A stretch of DNA of 64,000 bases from an uncultured Gemmatimonadales bacterium (GTDB taxonomy: Bacteria; Gemmatimonadota; Gemmatimonadetes; Gemmatimonadales; GWC2-71-9): contig CAVSLV010000001.1 in NCBI GenBank assembly GCA_963728915.1, positions 224,001-288,000 on the forward strand, written 5' to 3'. This document shows, piece by piece, positions 9,759 to 19,753 of the stretch (the stretch's first letter is position 1; every line of letters begins with the position of its first letter). The notes below the pieces were generated by a model. It was not told where the DNA came from. It made no database searches and saw only the letters and a list, made by a program, of their open reading frames with translations. The position numbers were made by a program, and so were the translations under genes.

Positions 9759-9780
9759 CCGGGATCCAGACGGTTAGTGC

Positions 9781-10338
9781 CTATCCCCGGCGGGTACCGG
9801 GCCGTTCCGCGTTGGCGTAGTCGCCCCGGGCTTCTCCGGTCGCCGCAATCTCAGTGGCGCCGGTGCGGGCCAGGATTTCCTTTGCCTTCCGGGTCCATTC
9901 GTGATCGTCGGTGTGCACCGACAGGAGAATCGCCCCGTCCTTGACAATCCCGGCGTATCGCTTCGCTTCATACTCGGGAATGCCGAGGCCGATCAACGCA
10001 CCGGCCACCCCGCCGACCGCTGCGCCGGCGCCGAGCCCGCTCAGGGCGGCGACGATCGGTCCGGCGGCGAGAAACGGCCCGAGGCCGGGGATCGCGAGCA
10101 GGCCGATGCCTACCAGCCACCCGAGGATCCCTCCCACCACCGCTCCGGACGTGGCTCCGGCGGCCACGCCTTCAGGAGCCTTGGTATGCTTCTCGTGCGC
10201 GAGGTCCTTGGTGCCCAGGTTCTCGGGCAACAGGAGAGAAATGTCGGTGGGACGATAACCCGCAGCACGCAGCTGATCGACTGCTTCTTCCACCTGCGGT
10301 CGGGTGGCGTAGATTCCGAACACGGCAGTATTGGCCAT
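9781..10338 (-). CDS. DUF3341/general-stress-protein-like membrane protein
   Basis: AVFGIY...EEAVDQLRAAGY..TDIS...TKAPEG, glycine-zipper TM region, GIPEYEAKRY; AGGAGG RBS. Confidence 0.8.
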   Translation of the reverse strand: MANTAVFGIYATRPQVEEAVDQLRAAGYRPTDISLLLPENLGTKDLAHEKHTKAPEGVAAGATSGAVVGGILGWLVGIGLLAIPGLGPFLAAGPIVAALSGLGAGAAVGGVAGALIGLGIPEYEAKRYAGIVKDGAILLSVHTDDHEWTRKAKEILARTGATEIAATGEARGDYANAERPGTRRG

Positions 10339-10381
10339 CTCTTCCCTCCTCGGGTTTATGGGCTCCGAACCGCCCACTACG

Positions 10382-11698
10382 ATGTCTAACGCCGGAGCCG
10401 ATCCGGGTCGCACACCGGCTTCGATCCGGCCGGTCATTCTGGCGAGCTTTATCGGCACGACGATCGAGTGGTACGACTTCTTTCTGTACGGTACCGCCGC
10501 CGCGCTGGTATTCAACCGGCTCTTCTTCCCAACCCTCTCTCCGCTGGCGGGAACCCTGAGCGCGTACGGCACGTTCGCGGTGGGGTTCCTGGCCCGGCCC
10601 CTCGGGGGGGCCATCTTCGGGCACTACGGAGACCGGCTGGGCCGGAAGGGCATGCTGGTGTGGTCGCTGCTCATCATGGGCACCGCCACCGCCCTGATGG
10701 GGATTCTCCCGGGTTATGACCGCATCGGCATCTGGGCGCCCCTGCTCCTCGTGGCGCTCCGCTTCCTCCAGGGGATCGGGGTGGGCGGGGAGTGGGGCGG
10801 AGCGGTGCTGATGGCGGTGGAGCATTCCGGCGAAGCGAAACGCGGCCTCCACGGCAGCTGGCCCCAGATGGGAGTGCCGGCCGGGCTTCTGCTTTCGACC
10901 GGGATCTTCGCGCTGGTCTCGGGTTCGCTTTCCGAGGCGAGCTTTCTCGCCTGGGGATGGCGGCTGCCGTTTCTGCTCAGCGTCCTTCTCATCCTGGTCG
11001 GCCTCTTCGTCCGGCTTCGTCTGCTCGAGACGCCCCAGTTCGCCCGGGTGCGCGAGGAGCGGGACGTCGCGAGCGCCCCGCTCCTCGAAGTGATCCGGGA
11101 GCATCCGCGCGAGATCCTGGTCGGGATGGGGATGCGCTTCGGCCAGAACGTGCTCTTCTACATCTTCACGGTCTTCGTGCTGGGGTATGGCGAACGGACC
11201 CTCGGGTACAGTCGCGGGGCCATGCTGCGAGGGCTCGCGATCGCCGCGCTGGTGGGCCTGTTCTCGATCCCGATCTTCGGAAGCCTGTCCGACCGGCTGG
11301 GCCGGCGTCCGGTGTACCTGGCCGGCGCCATCCTGTCGCTGCTCTACGCCTTCCCGTTCTTCTGGCTGCTTGGCCTCGGAGCGGGGTGGGTGCCGCTGGC
11401 GATCGTGCTGGGACTCAACGTGGGGCAGGATCTCATGTACGGCCCGCAGGCGGCCTATTTCGCCGAGCTCTTCGCGACCCGGGTCCGCTACAGCGGGGCC
11501 TCGCTGGTCTATCAGCTCACTTCGGTCTTCTCGGGAGGGCTCGCGCCCATCATTGCGACCCTGCTGCTGGCCCGGCGCGGCGCCTGGGCGGTGGCGGCCT
11601 ACATGGCGGCCTCGGCCGCGCTGTCGGTGGTCGGCGCGATGTTCGCTCCGGAGACCCGCCCGGTGCCTAACACGCGTTCCCCGTACAGCCCGCGTTGA
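10382..11698 (+). CDS. MFS metabolite:H+ symporter (MHS/ShiA-like)
   Basis: ASFIGTTIEWYDFFLY, GHYGDRLGRK and LQGIGVGGEWGGA motifs. Confidence 0.9.
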   Translation: MSNAGADPGRTPASIRPVILASFIGTTIEWYDFFLYGTAAALVFNRLFFPTLSPLAGTLSAYGTFAVGFLARPLGGAIFGHYGDRLGRKGMLVWSLLIMGTATALMGILPGYDRIGIWAPLLLVALRFLQGIGVGGEWGGAVLMAVEHSGEAKRGLHGSWPQMGVPAGLLLSTGIFALVSGSLSEASFLAWGWRLPFLLSVLLILVGLFVRLRLLETPQFARVREERDVASAPLLEVIREHPREILVGMGMRFGQNVLFYIFTVFVLGYGERTLGYSRGAMLRGLAIAALVGLFSIPIFGSLSDRLGRRPVYLAGAILSLLYAFPFFWLLGLGAGWVPLAIVLGLNVGQDLMYGPQAAYFAELFATRVRYSGASLVYQLTSVFSGGLAPIIATLLLARRGAWAVAAYMAASAALSVVGAMFAPETRPVPNTRSPYSPR

Positions 11699-12456
11699 AC
11701 GGTCCCGGTCAGCCGGACCGCCCGGCCGGCCGGATCGGTCGCGTTCAGGTCGAAGCGCCCGGCCAGGACGTAGCGGGCCGACTGCTGGAGCACGATGCTC
11801 CCGCCCAGGACCTGAAACTCCTGGTCCGCGGCGCCGGGCTCGGAATTGTAGGTGAATTCGACCGCCGGTCCGGTGGCTCCGTCGCTGCTGAGGGCATACG
11901 TTGCTGGCGCAGGCAGGTCTCGCCGGTTCCAGCGAACGACCAGGAGCGACCGATCCGGGACGTTGAGCAGCTGAACCAGCCGGAAATTCCCACCGCCGTA
12001 GTTGAAGACCGCGATTCCGGCGGCGCTGTCCTGCACGGCCCCATTCAGGGTCAGCGAGTAGTCTCCCAGCGGGATCGAGGCGACGCGAAGCAGCTCGACC
12101 TGCTGCGCGTTGCTGCGCTCGAAAAAGAAGGAACCGCGCAGGGTGTCGCCGGCCAGGGTTCCGTCGAGCCGCCAGTCCACCAGGCCGAACGGCGGGGTCG
12201 GGTGGATCACCAGGGAGAGATTGGCGCCGGCGCGGGTTCCGCTCACCGTCACCCGGGCCATGAGGGAGGGCGAGTAGCTGGACCACCCCCGCCCGGCGAG
12301 GAATCCGTCCCCATCCTCATAAAGCTGCACGGCCAGATAGCTGGTGCGGTCGCCCAGGGGCGCCGCGAAGCTGCCGAGCAAGGTGGTGGAGCTCGGACCG
12401 GTGGCGCTGCACCCGGCGGCGAAGATCGCCGCGGCCAGGGCTCTAGCGGGGTTCAT
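11667..12456 (-). CDS. Hypothetical lipoprotein, probably with a +1 indel near 11701
   Basis: Lipobox FAAGC. Removing one base at about 11701 gives ...LTGTFNAGCTGNAC* ending at 11667; as written the ORF runs to 11599, 100 nt into the convergent MFS gene. Confidence 0.6.
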
Positions 12457-12967
12457 AGCGCGCCCGCACCCGTTGTTCGCTCACCAGCGCGCAGGTGATC
12501 GCGTCGCAGGTGTACTGGCGGACGGTGATGGCGCGCTCCAGTCCGGTCCGGCTTTCGAAGGGAGTGAAGTACGCCAGGTCATGTCCGCCCGGCAGCACGC
12601 CCGAGCGCACCGTGAGCTTGATTTCGTCCCCCCGGTCCAGGATGAGGCCGCCGAAAGAGAACTCCTCGGAGCTCTGCACAATGGAGGGAATCGGGGGCCG
12701 GGCGAGCACGATTTCGCGGCGGAAGTGCCGGGCGAAGGTGGTTTCGTCCACGATCCGCACGCTGTCGAACGCGAAGCTCAGGGTGACGGTGGCGGTGTCG
12801 CCAAAGACCGCGCGTTCGTACACGTAGGGCGAGGCATCGGCCCCGATCCCGGCGAGCACGTACAGCCCCGGCAGAATGGGCGGTCCGGCCGGCTCGGTGG
12901 GAGTTCTCCCGCAGGCCCCCGCGAGGAGCAGGACCCCGGTCCATCCGGCGGCGCGAGGCCGACTCAG
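12443..12967 (-). CDS. Hypothetical lipoprotein (start uncertain, possibly CTG)
   Basis: Signal/lipobox RPRAAGWTGVLLLAGAC then beta-rich domain; the only suitable start is CTG overlapping the upstream TGA. Confidence 0.55.
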   Translation of the reverse strand: MSRPRAAGWTGVLLLAGACGRTPTEPAGPPILPGLYVLAGIGADASPYVYERAVFGDTATVTLSFAFDSVRIVDETTFARHFRREIVLARPPIPSIVQSSEEFSFGGLILDRGDEIKLTVRSGVLPGGHDLAYFTPFESRTGLERAITVRQYTCDAITCALVSEQRVRARYEPR

Positions 12968-13335
12968 TACGTGTTGAGCGATTGGATCAGCGCGTACGCC
13001 ACGACGCCGGCTCCGATGCCGAGCACGGCGAGAAAGGTCTTGCCGATACTGGTGTGGCGGGTTTCGATCGACTGCACCGAGCTCAGCGGAATCGTGAACC
13101 GCGCAATGGCCCGTTCGGTCGGGTGCCCCCGGATGCTGTCGCCCACCAGTGCGGGATCCCAGATCTCGAGGCGGGTGTTGTCCGGCTTCACGATCCGGAC
13201 CGCCCTGATTTCCTTGTCGCTCAGGAGCGCGCGGGGTGAGACCTGCTCGGTCCGCCACGCGACGCAGCCGGTCGCGCCGATCATGGCGCCGGCCATCAGC
13301 ATCGCGGTGGTGATCGAAGCCTTCAGGTGTTTCAT
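12964..13335 (-). CDS. Hypothetical lipoprotein with C-terminal TM helix
   Basis: AAGGAG RBS, signal ending GATGC, C-terminal KTFLAVLGIGAGVVAYALI. Confidence 0.7.
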   Translation of the reverse strand: MKHLKASITTAMLMAGAMIGATGCVAWRTEQVSPRALLSDKEIRAVRIVKPDNTRLEIWDPALVGDSIRGHPTERAIARFTIPLSSVQSIETRHTSIGKTFLAVLGIGAGVVAYALIQSLNTY

Positions 13336-13451
13336 TCGGCGCTCCTTCATCGTCCAGCCGGAGGCGAGTGCCAGCAGCGGTCTTGCTGAAGGCTATCACC
13401 GTTTCGGTCACAACGACAACCGGCGTTATACTTGCTCCGGGCTCCTCATTC

Positions 13452-15011
13452 ATGATCGGACCGTTCGACGCGATCGTCATCGGCAGCGGGTTCGGTGGAG
13501 CATTCGCCGCCCATACGCTGGTGCAGGCCGGCTGCTCGGTCCTCCTCCTCGAGCGGGGGGGCTGGGTGCCCCGCGGGCCAGAGGCCTCCCGGATCGACAA
13601 CTTCGTCATCCTTTCCCCCTATTACGACCGGAACGCGGGTTATCAGGCCGGCAACGGCGCCCGGCGATCGCGCCGGCTCGGCGCGCTGTTCTGCGTGGGC
13701 GGAGCATCGGTGTTCTACGGGGGGGTCTCGTTCCGGTTCCGGGAATCCGATTTCCGGCCGAGTCCCGAGCTGGTGGGAGATTCCGGCGCCGAATGGCCGT
13801 TTCGCTACGAAGATCTCGAGCCGTTCTATGGGGAAGCCGAGCGGTTACTCGGGGTGACCGGTGGGGCGGAGGAAGATCCGACCGGGCCACGCAGAAGCTC
13901 CGCCTATCCCGCTCCCCCCAACCGGCTCTCCCCCCTCTCGGTCCATCTTGCCGGGTCGGCACGGGCCCTCGGGCTTCGCCCGTTTCCGCTTCCGATGGCC
14001 ATCAATTTTGGCGAGCAGTCCGGACAGGCCGCCTGCATCCGGTGCGGGGCCTGTGACGGGTGGCCCTGCCCGGTGTCCGCCAAGAACGACGTGGCCACGC
14101 GGCTCCTCCAGCCGCTGCTCGCGCGCGGTCTCACCCTTCGACCCCGGACCGCAGCGGTGCGCCTGGTGGCCCGGGGTGGCCGGATCCGCGCGGTGGAGTG
14201 CGTCGATCTCGATTCGGGCGCGCGCTTCACGGTGGAGGGCGGTGAGGTCATCGTCGGCGCCGGCGCCCTGGCGACGCCGCAGCTGCTGCTCGCTTCCGGC
14301 CTCGCCGCTCATAACCCGGGCGGTCACACCGTCGGCCGCTACCTGACCCGGCATGCCAATGCCATCGTCTTCGGGCGGCTCCGGCAGGCGTTTCCCCGGG
14401 ATGGCCTGGGCAAGGATCTCGCGATTCTCGACTTCTACGAGGGAGATGCCCACGCCGATGCTCCGGCCGGTCCGCTGGGCTCGCTCCAGTCGATGCCGCC
14501 GCCGTCGGTCGGCGTCATCGCCACCCAGATTCCGGCTCCGCTTCCCCGGATTGCCGACTTCCTGCTGCGGCGGGCGGCGGGGCTGCTCGCCATCGCCCAC
14601 GAACAGCCCAACGCACAAAACGGAGTCGTGCTCGAGCCGGCGCGGCCTGACCCGGTGGGCCTGCCGGGCTTGACGGTCACCCACCGGTATTCGGCCCGCG
14701 ATCGGTCCGCCCTTCGGTCTCTGTGCCGGCGGGCCAGAGAGATTCTCCGCGGGGCGGGCGCCACCTTCTTCTACCGGCATGAGATTCACACCTTCTCGCA
14801 CGCCATGGGGACGGTTCGCATGGGGGTCGATCCTCAGAGCTCCGCGCTGGATGCCGCGGGGACATTCCGCGGCATCGAGAACCTGCGGGTGGTGGACGCG
14901 AGCGCGCTCCCCACTCCGGGCGGGGTGAATCCCAGTCTCACCATCGCCGCCAATGCCCTGCGGGTGGCGGCCCTCCTCGCGGGAACCAGGAGGGGGACCG
15001 CCGCCGCTTGA
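13452..15011 (+). CDS. GMC family FAD-dependent oxidoreductase
   Basis: DAIVIGSGFGG, VGGASVFYGG, CIRCGACDGWPC, HAMGTVRMG and NPSLTIAANA motifs. Confidence 0.9.
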   Translation: MIGPFDAIVIGSGFGGAFAAHTLVQAGCSVLLLERGGWVPRGPEASRIDNFVILSPYYDRNAGYQAGNGARRSRRLGALFCVGGASVFYGGVSFRFRESDFRPSPELVGDSGAEWPFRYEDLEPFYGEAERLLGVTGGAEEDPTGPRRSSAYPAPPNRLSPLSVHLAGSARALGLRPFPLPMAINFGEQSGQAACIRCGACDGWPCPVSAKNDVATRLLQPLLARGLTLRPRTAAVRLVARGGRIRAVECVDLDSGARFTVEGGEVIVGAGALATPQLLLASGLAAHNPGGHTVGRYLTRHANAIVFGRLRQAFPRDGLGKDLAILDFYEGDAHADAPAGPLGSLQSMPPPSVGVIATQIPAPLPRIADFLLRRAAGLLAIAHEQPNAQNGVVLEPARPDPVGLPGLTVTHRYSARDRSALRSLCRRAREILRGAGATFFYRHEIHTFSHAMGTVRMGVDPQSSALDAAGTFRGIENLRVVDASALPTPGGVNPSLTIAANALRVAALLAGTRRGTAAA

Positions 15012-15961
15012 GTCTCACCATCGCGATTCTCGGCTGTGGACGGATCGCGCATACCCATGCCGGGACGATCGCCCGGGCGGATCGGGAGGTGGGCCTCGCC
15101 TTTGCGAGCCGGGACGCCGCCCGCGCGGAGGCGTATCGCAAACGGCACAGGGGGCTGGCCGCGTTCGGGAGCTATGGCGAGGCCATCGGCGATCCCCGGG
15201 TGAGCGCGGTGCTGGTCGCCACCCCGCCGGCGCAGCATCTTGACCTGGTCCTGGCGACGCTGCGGGCCGGCAAGCATGCGATCGTCGAGAAGCCCGCCTT
15301 CCTCCGGTCCTCCGATGCCGACCAGGTTGCGGCGGCGGCCCGGGCCGCGGACCGGCAGGTCCTGGTCACCGAGAATTACCGGTACAAACCCCTAACCCGG
15401 CGCCTCGAGGACCTGCTGGATCGGGACGAGATCGGCGCGGTCCGGCTGATTCGCCTGAGCGCGCTCAAATGGCAACCGGTGAGCGGCTGGCGGGGCTCGG
15501 CCGAGCAGGCGGGTGGAGGCGCCCTGTTCGAAGGAGGGGTGCATTGGGTGAACCTGCTGGCTACCTTGGGCGGGGAAATTACGACGGTGCAGGGCTATCG
15601 GCCTCCCGGCGCCGAGCCCGAGCGGACCATGGTGGTGGCGGTTCGGTTCGCATCCGGGGCGGTCGGCACGCTGCACCACTCCTGGGAAGTCCCGGCGCGA
15701 TTCAAGGGCCTTTCCCTCTCCCAGATCATCGGAGCCTCGGGAACGATCGTGTTCGAATCCAACGGGCTGTTCATCGGAGTGCAGGGACGCCGACGGCGCT
15801 TGCTGCTGCCGGGCTTCCGCGATGTCAAAGGGTTTCTGGCGATGTGGCGGGATTTCCTTGCCGCCCTCTCCTCCGGACAATCGCCCCGCATGACGCTGGC
15901 TGCGGCGCGCCGGGACCTGGCGGTGGTGGAAGCCGCCTATCGGACGGCCACGGCGAGCTGA
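15008..15961 (+). CDS. Gfo/Idh/MocA family NAD(P)-dependent oxidoreductase
   Basis: IAILGCGRIA, AGKHAIVEKP and GGGALFEGGVH motifs; TTGA overlap with the GMC stop. Confidence 0.9.
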   Translation: MSLTIAILGCGRIAHTHAGTIARADREVGLAFASRDAARAEAYRKRHRGLAAFGSYGEAIGDPRVSAVLVATPPAQHLDLVLATLRAGKHAIVEKPAFLRSSDADQVAAAARAADRQVLVTENYRYKPLTRRLEDLLDRDEIGAVRLIRLSALKWQPVSGWRGSAEQAGGGALFEGGVHWVNLLATLGGEITTVQGYRPPGAEPERTMVVAVRFASGAVGTLHHSWEVPARFKGLSLSQIIGASGTIVFESNGLFIGVQGRRRRLLLPGFRDVKGFLAMWRDFLAALSSGQSPRMTLAAARRDLAVVEAAYRTATAS

Positions 15962-15962
15962 C

Positions 15963-16769
15963 ATGCCCATACTCACCGTGGTGCTGATCGGGGCCCTCGT
16001 GGGCGCGCATGCCTCGACCTGGGGGATGTACAAGGACGCCCCCCACGAGGGATTCTCGCTGCTCAAATACCTCCGGAGCACGATCCTGGCGGCCGCGATC
16101 GCACCGTTCGTCGCGACGATGCTCGACCTCGTCCCGTCCCGGCTGCCCGGGGCCATGATCCTGTTCGGCTGCGTCTACGCCGGCGAGCGGGCCGTGCTGG
16201 AAACCTGGAAGACCTTCTTCCGCGAGGAAGACCAGTCCAAGTACGCGATCCCGATGCAGCTCGCGGTGTTCGGGCGAACGGTGAAGCGCCGCCCGGTCCG
16301 CCTGCTGTTCGGCGTGCTGTACCTGGGCGCGATCATCGTGGGGGTCCTGCTGATCTCGCGACTCCGGGTGCCGCCCGCCACGCCGTCCTGGCTTCTGGCG
16401 ATCACGATCGGCGCCATGGGTGGATGGTTCAGCGCCTTCGGCGGCGCCTGGAAAGATGCCCCGATCGAGGGATTCCAGATTTTCAAGTTTTTCCGGAGCC
16501 CGCTGATCGCCGCCACCTGGGCCTGGGTGTTGTACCTGCTGGGCGCGACCCCCGCCCAGGGCATGCTGGGGGCGATCGGCTATACGGTTGCGACGACGGA
16601 AACCTGGAAAACGTTCTTCTATCCGAGCGTCCCTCGGGGCAAGTTCGCAGGGAAGCCGGTGCTGTTCCCGGAAATGCTGCGCACCCGCCAGTATTTCATC
16701 CCGCTGTACGCCGGCATCTGGGCCCTGCTCCTTCTCGGGTTCGCACTGGCCTTTTTCCGGCGGGCCTGA
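15963..16769 (+). CDS. Uncharacterised multi-TM protein with internal duplication
   Basis: Two copies of G.(Y/W)KDAP.EGF...K(Y/F).RS...ETWKTFF. Confidence 0.8.
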   Translation: MPILTVVLIGALVGAHASTWGMYKDAPHEGFSLLKYLRSTILAAAIAPFVATMLDLVPSRLPGAMILFGCVYAGERAVLETWKTFFREEDQSKYAIPMQLAVFGRTVKRRPVRLLFGVLYLGAIIVGVLLISRLRVPPATPSWLLAITIGAMGGWFSAFGGAWKDAPIEGFQIFKFFRSPLIAATWAWVLYLLGATPAQGMLGAIGYTVATTETWKTFFYPSVPRGKFAGKPVLFPEMLRTRQYFIPLYAGIWALLLLGFALAFFRRA

Positions 16770-16770
16770 G

Positions 16771-18028
16771 CTACATCGCGATGACCGCCCGAGGGTCGGG
16801 GTCGGTCAGCTGGGAACGCAGCCGAAGGATTGCCGCCAGCGAAATGATCGCGAACCCCACTGCGATCCCGAGCCACCAGGGGTGACCTTCGCCGGTGGCG
16901 AGGAGCGCGAGCGCCGCGCCTCCCAATACCAGCAGTCGCATCACCTCGCTCACCCCGGCCCAGCTCCGGGCCTCCATCAGCCCGCCAATGTTGGCCAATG
17001 ACAGGGTGATGTAGAAAAGGCCCGCAAGCACTTCGAGGGCCGGCAGCGTCCCGGCCACGCGAAGGAATGCCACCGACGCGACCAGCACCACGAGAAACTG
17101 AATCAGCGCGTAGGCCTTGAGCGGCGGCGATACCGGCGGCTCGTACTTGTGCCGATCGGCCGGAGCGATCGGCGCGGGGACGATGATCCCTCCCATCGAG
17201 GGTGGCCGCCAGCCGGGGTGGGCGAACACGGCTCGCCAGCGATCCCGCCAGCTCGTGGCGGCGACCCAGTGCCTCCCAATGTCCTGAAACACGTGGAGGT
17301 TGGCCCGGACCGGGTTCCAGCTCGCGAGCGGCTTGGTGATCCCATACACCGGCTCGGCGCGTTCGGGCTCGAAGGTCCCGAACAGGCGATCCCAGATGAT
17401 GAAGGTCCCCGCGAAGTTCCGGTCCTGGTACTCGGGGTTGACCCCATGATGGACCCGGTGGTGGGACGGGGTATTGAACACCCACTCGAGCGGACCCAGC
17501 CGGTCGATCGCCCGGGTATGGATCCAGAACTGATAGATCAGGTTGACCGCGTGACAGACCAGCCACATGGTGACCGGCACCCCCAGCATCGCGATCGGGA
17601 GATAGAACACCCAGGTGAAGAGGCCATGGAGACTGCTCTGCCGCAGCGCGACGGTGAGGTTGAACTCTTCACTGGAGTGGTGCACCACGTGGCCGGCCCA
17701 GAGGAGCGCCACCACGTGCGACGAACGATGCATCCAGTAGTAGGCCAGGTCGTCCAGCACGAACACCCCGAGCCACGCCAGCGGCGTGCGATGACCAGGC
17801 AGGGAACCCGAGCAGCCGCTGGATGGCGAGGTGCTGGCCGACCCAGTGGTACGCGGCGACGGTGAGCAGGACGAGAAAGATGCCGGCGAGCTGACTCAGG
17901 ATCCCGCAGGAGAGATCGCTGATCGAGTCATTGAGCCGGTAGAGCGAGCGGCCCCGGGCCCGCGCTACCAGGAGCTCGATGCCGATCAGGGCAAAGAAGA
18001 GCGGGATCGATGCGGCGATGAGGTCCAT
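16771..18028 (-). pseudogene. Fatty acid hydroxylase/sterol desaturase family, alkylglycerol monooxygenase-like; one frameshift near 17790 (or consensus error)
   Basis: His boxes WMHRSSH, GHVVHHSSEEFNL, FWIHT and NTPSHHRVHH. N-terminus MDLIAASIPLFF...YRLNDSISDLSCG is in a different frame. Confidence 0.85.
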
Positions 18029-18029
18029 A

Positions 18030-18698
18030 TCATGAAAAGGCGTCCGTCGCCAGGAGATACTGGCCACCCGCCTCCTGCGCCCGGAGCACCGCGAAAACCC
18101 CCGAAGGCTGGAGCTTGATGCCGGGCACGAGGTGGCTCACCGCCATCTCCCGAGCCTTGGCATCGTCGAGGTTGGTCTCGGCCTTGACCTTGGGGACGAC
18201 GTCGAGCGAAAACGCGAGGTTGCAGGCCAGCACGGTGCAGGTGGCGAGCACCTTCCGCAGGGAATCGTCTGCCATCTCGGCGGGCAGGCCGAGCAGATTG
18301 GCGCCCAGGAAGGGATTCCGGGTGATCGGCGCGCCGGTCGCGGGGTCGTTGATCTTGGTCAGCTCACCGACCCGGTGGTGGGCCCAGAACTCGTCGTTCA
18401 TGATCGCCCAGATCGCGTTGTGGCGCAGCACCACCACGCCGCTCATGTCGGCCGGCTTGGCGCCGTAGACCTCGGCGTAGTCCTTCTGCCAGACCAGGGC
18501 CCGAAGCAAACCCAGGCCCATCGAGTTCTCGGGGCAATCGAACACCGCCTTGTGCTTCCCGGTGAGATGATCGGCCCAGGAGACATCGAACTCCGAGGAA
18601 ATGGGCGACGGACCGGACGGAAGCGAACCGGGACGGATCAGCATCGGGGCGGCGCCGAGCGCCATCAGGGCGCCCAGAAAATCACGGCGATCGTTCAT
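18030..18698 (-). CDS. Tat-exported hypothetical protein, possibly DsrE-like fold
   Basis: MNDRRDFL twin-arginine signal; KHKAVFD, VVVLRH, VLACNLA and VLRAQEAG motifs. Confidence 0.65.
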   Translation of the reverse strand: MNDRRDFLGALMALGAAPMLIRPGSLPSGPSPISSEFDVSWADHLTGKHKAVFDCPENSMGLGLLRALVWQKDYAEVYGAKPADMSGVVVLRHNAIWAIMNDEFWAHHRVGELTKINDPATGAPITRNPFLGANLLGLPAEMADDSLRKVLATCTVLACNLAFSLDVVPKVKAETNLDDAKAREMAVSHLVPGIKLQPSGVFAVLRAQEAGGQYLLATDAFS

Positions 18699-18784
18699 GG
18701 TCGTGCTCCAGGCATGGGAGGTGGACCGCGGTCCCGGTGCAAGGTATGGAAAAGCCGATCGAAAGGGAATCGAGAACGAAGCGA

Positions 18785-19591
18785 CTACTGGAAGAACGAT
18801 CGGAAGGTCAGAGGATCCAGGTCGGAGATGTCCACCCAGAGCAGCCAGTTGGTGGTCTTGAAGTCGTGGTCGATGGCCGGAGGCCCGAGGACCTTAGCCC
18901 CGATGGTGAGATAGGCCTGGAAGAGATCGGGCAGATGGTGTTCGCGCGGGGGAGCTCCGCGGGGGATCTGACAGGCGGTGTGGGGGAGCGGATCGACCCT
19001 GAGGGTCGGGTGGCAGGCCCCCGCGCGCTCCAGCCCGCGATGGATCGCCAGGGCGACCGACTCGTCGCGCGAGGGCAGCGCGCAGGTCCCGAACACGATG
19101 GTCTTGCGATTCCGGGAGAGATAGCCCGCCATCCCGCGCCAGAGCAGGTGGAGGAGCCGCTGATTGCGATGGCCCTTGGCGATGCACAGCTTGCCGACCT
19201 CGACCGCCGTCGGCCACAGCCGGTCGGGCAGGGCATCGAGGTCGAACAGGCGGGCGGAGGAGAACCCGGTCTCGGCGGCCATCTCGGCGGTCTGCATTCG
19301 GTAGGTGCCGACGACCTGGCCGGTGTCCCGCTCTTCGATCAGGAGATGATGGAACCCTTCATCGAACTCATCTTCATCCCGCCCGGTCGCGTGCGCTTCA
19401 TCGTTCCCGATTTCGTGCTCGAGGTGGTAGACCTCGTAGCGCAACCGGAGGATCCGGTCCAGGTCGGATTCGGTTCGGGCAAATCGCAGGAGGTAGGGTC
19501 CGGCCGACACGCTGGAAGCGGGGATCGACCATCCGGCCCTGGGGAAAGCCACTGCAAGGGAGCGCACCGTCGTTGTCACGAGTCCGATCAA
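18785..19591 (-). CDS. GNAT N-acyltransferase, OlsB-like (N-acyl amino acid synthase family)
   Basis: LRLRYEVY, RDEDEFD..FHHLL, VVGTYRMQ and YLTIGAKVLGPPAIDHDFKT motifs; start uncertain. Confidence 0.8.
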   Translation of the reverse strand: MIGLVTTTVRSLAVAFPRAGWSIPASSVSAGPYLLRFARTESDLDRILRLRYEVYHLEHEIGNDEAHATGRDEDEFDEGFHHLLIEERDTGQVVGTYRMQTAEMAAETGFSSARLFDLDALPDRLWPTAVEVGKLCIAKGHRNQRLLHLLWRGMAGYLSRNRKTIVFGTCALPSRDESVALAIHRGLERAGACHPTLRVDPLPHTACQIPRGAPPREHHLPDLFQAYLTIGAKVLGPPAIDHDFKTTNWLLWVDISDLDPLTFRSFFQ

Positions 19592-19753
19592 CGTGTTAAG
19601 TGTTTGGACAAGGCGGAGGTGGACCTCCGGGCCCAGCCCGGAGAACCTACCCCGGATTCCGATTTCCGGAAGATCCCCATCGATGTGGGGGCTCTGCCTG
19701 GAAGAGGCCGAGTTGCGACCTACCTGACACGCGTGAGAGGCGGGATTCCGTTT

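Noticed and set aside
9532..9780. Possible SAM riboswitch upstream of cbs
   Set aside because: Hairpins are present but I see no SAM-I/II consensus elements.
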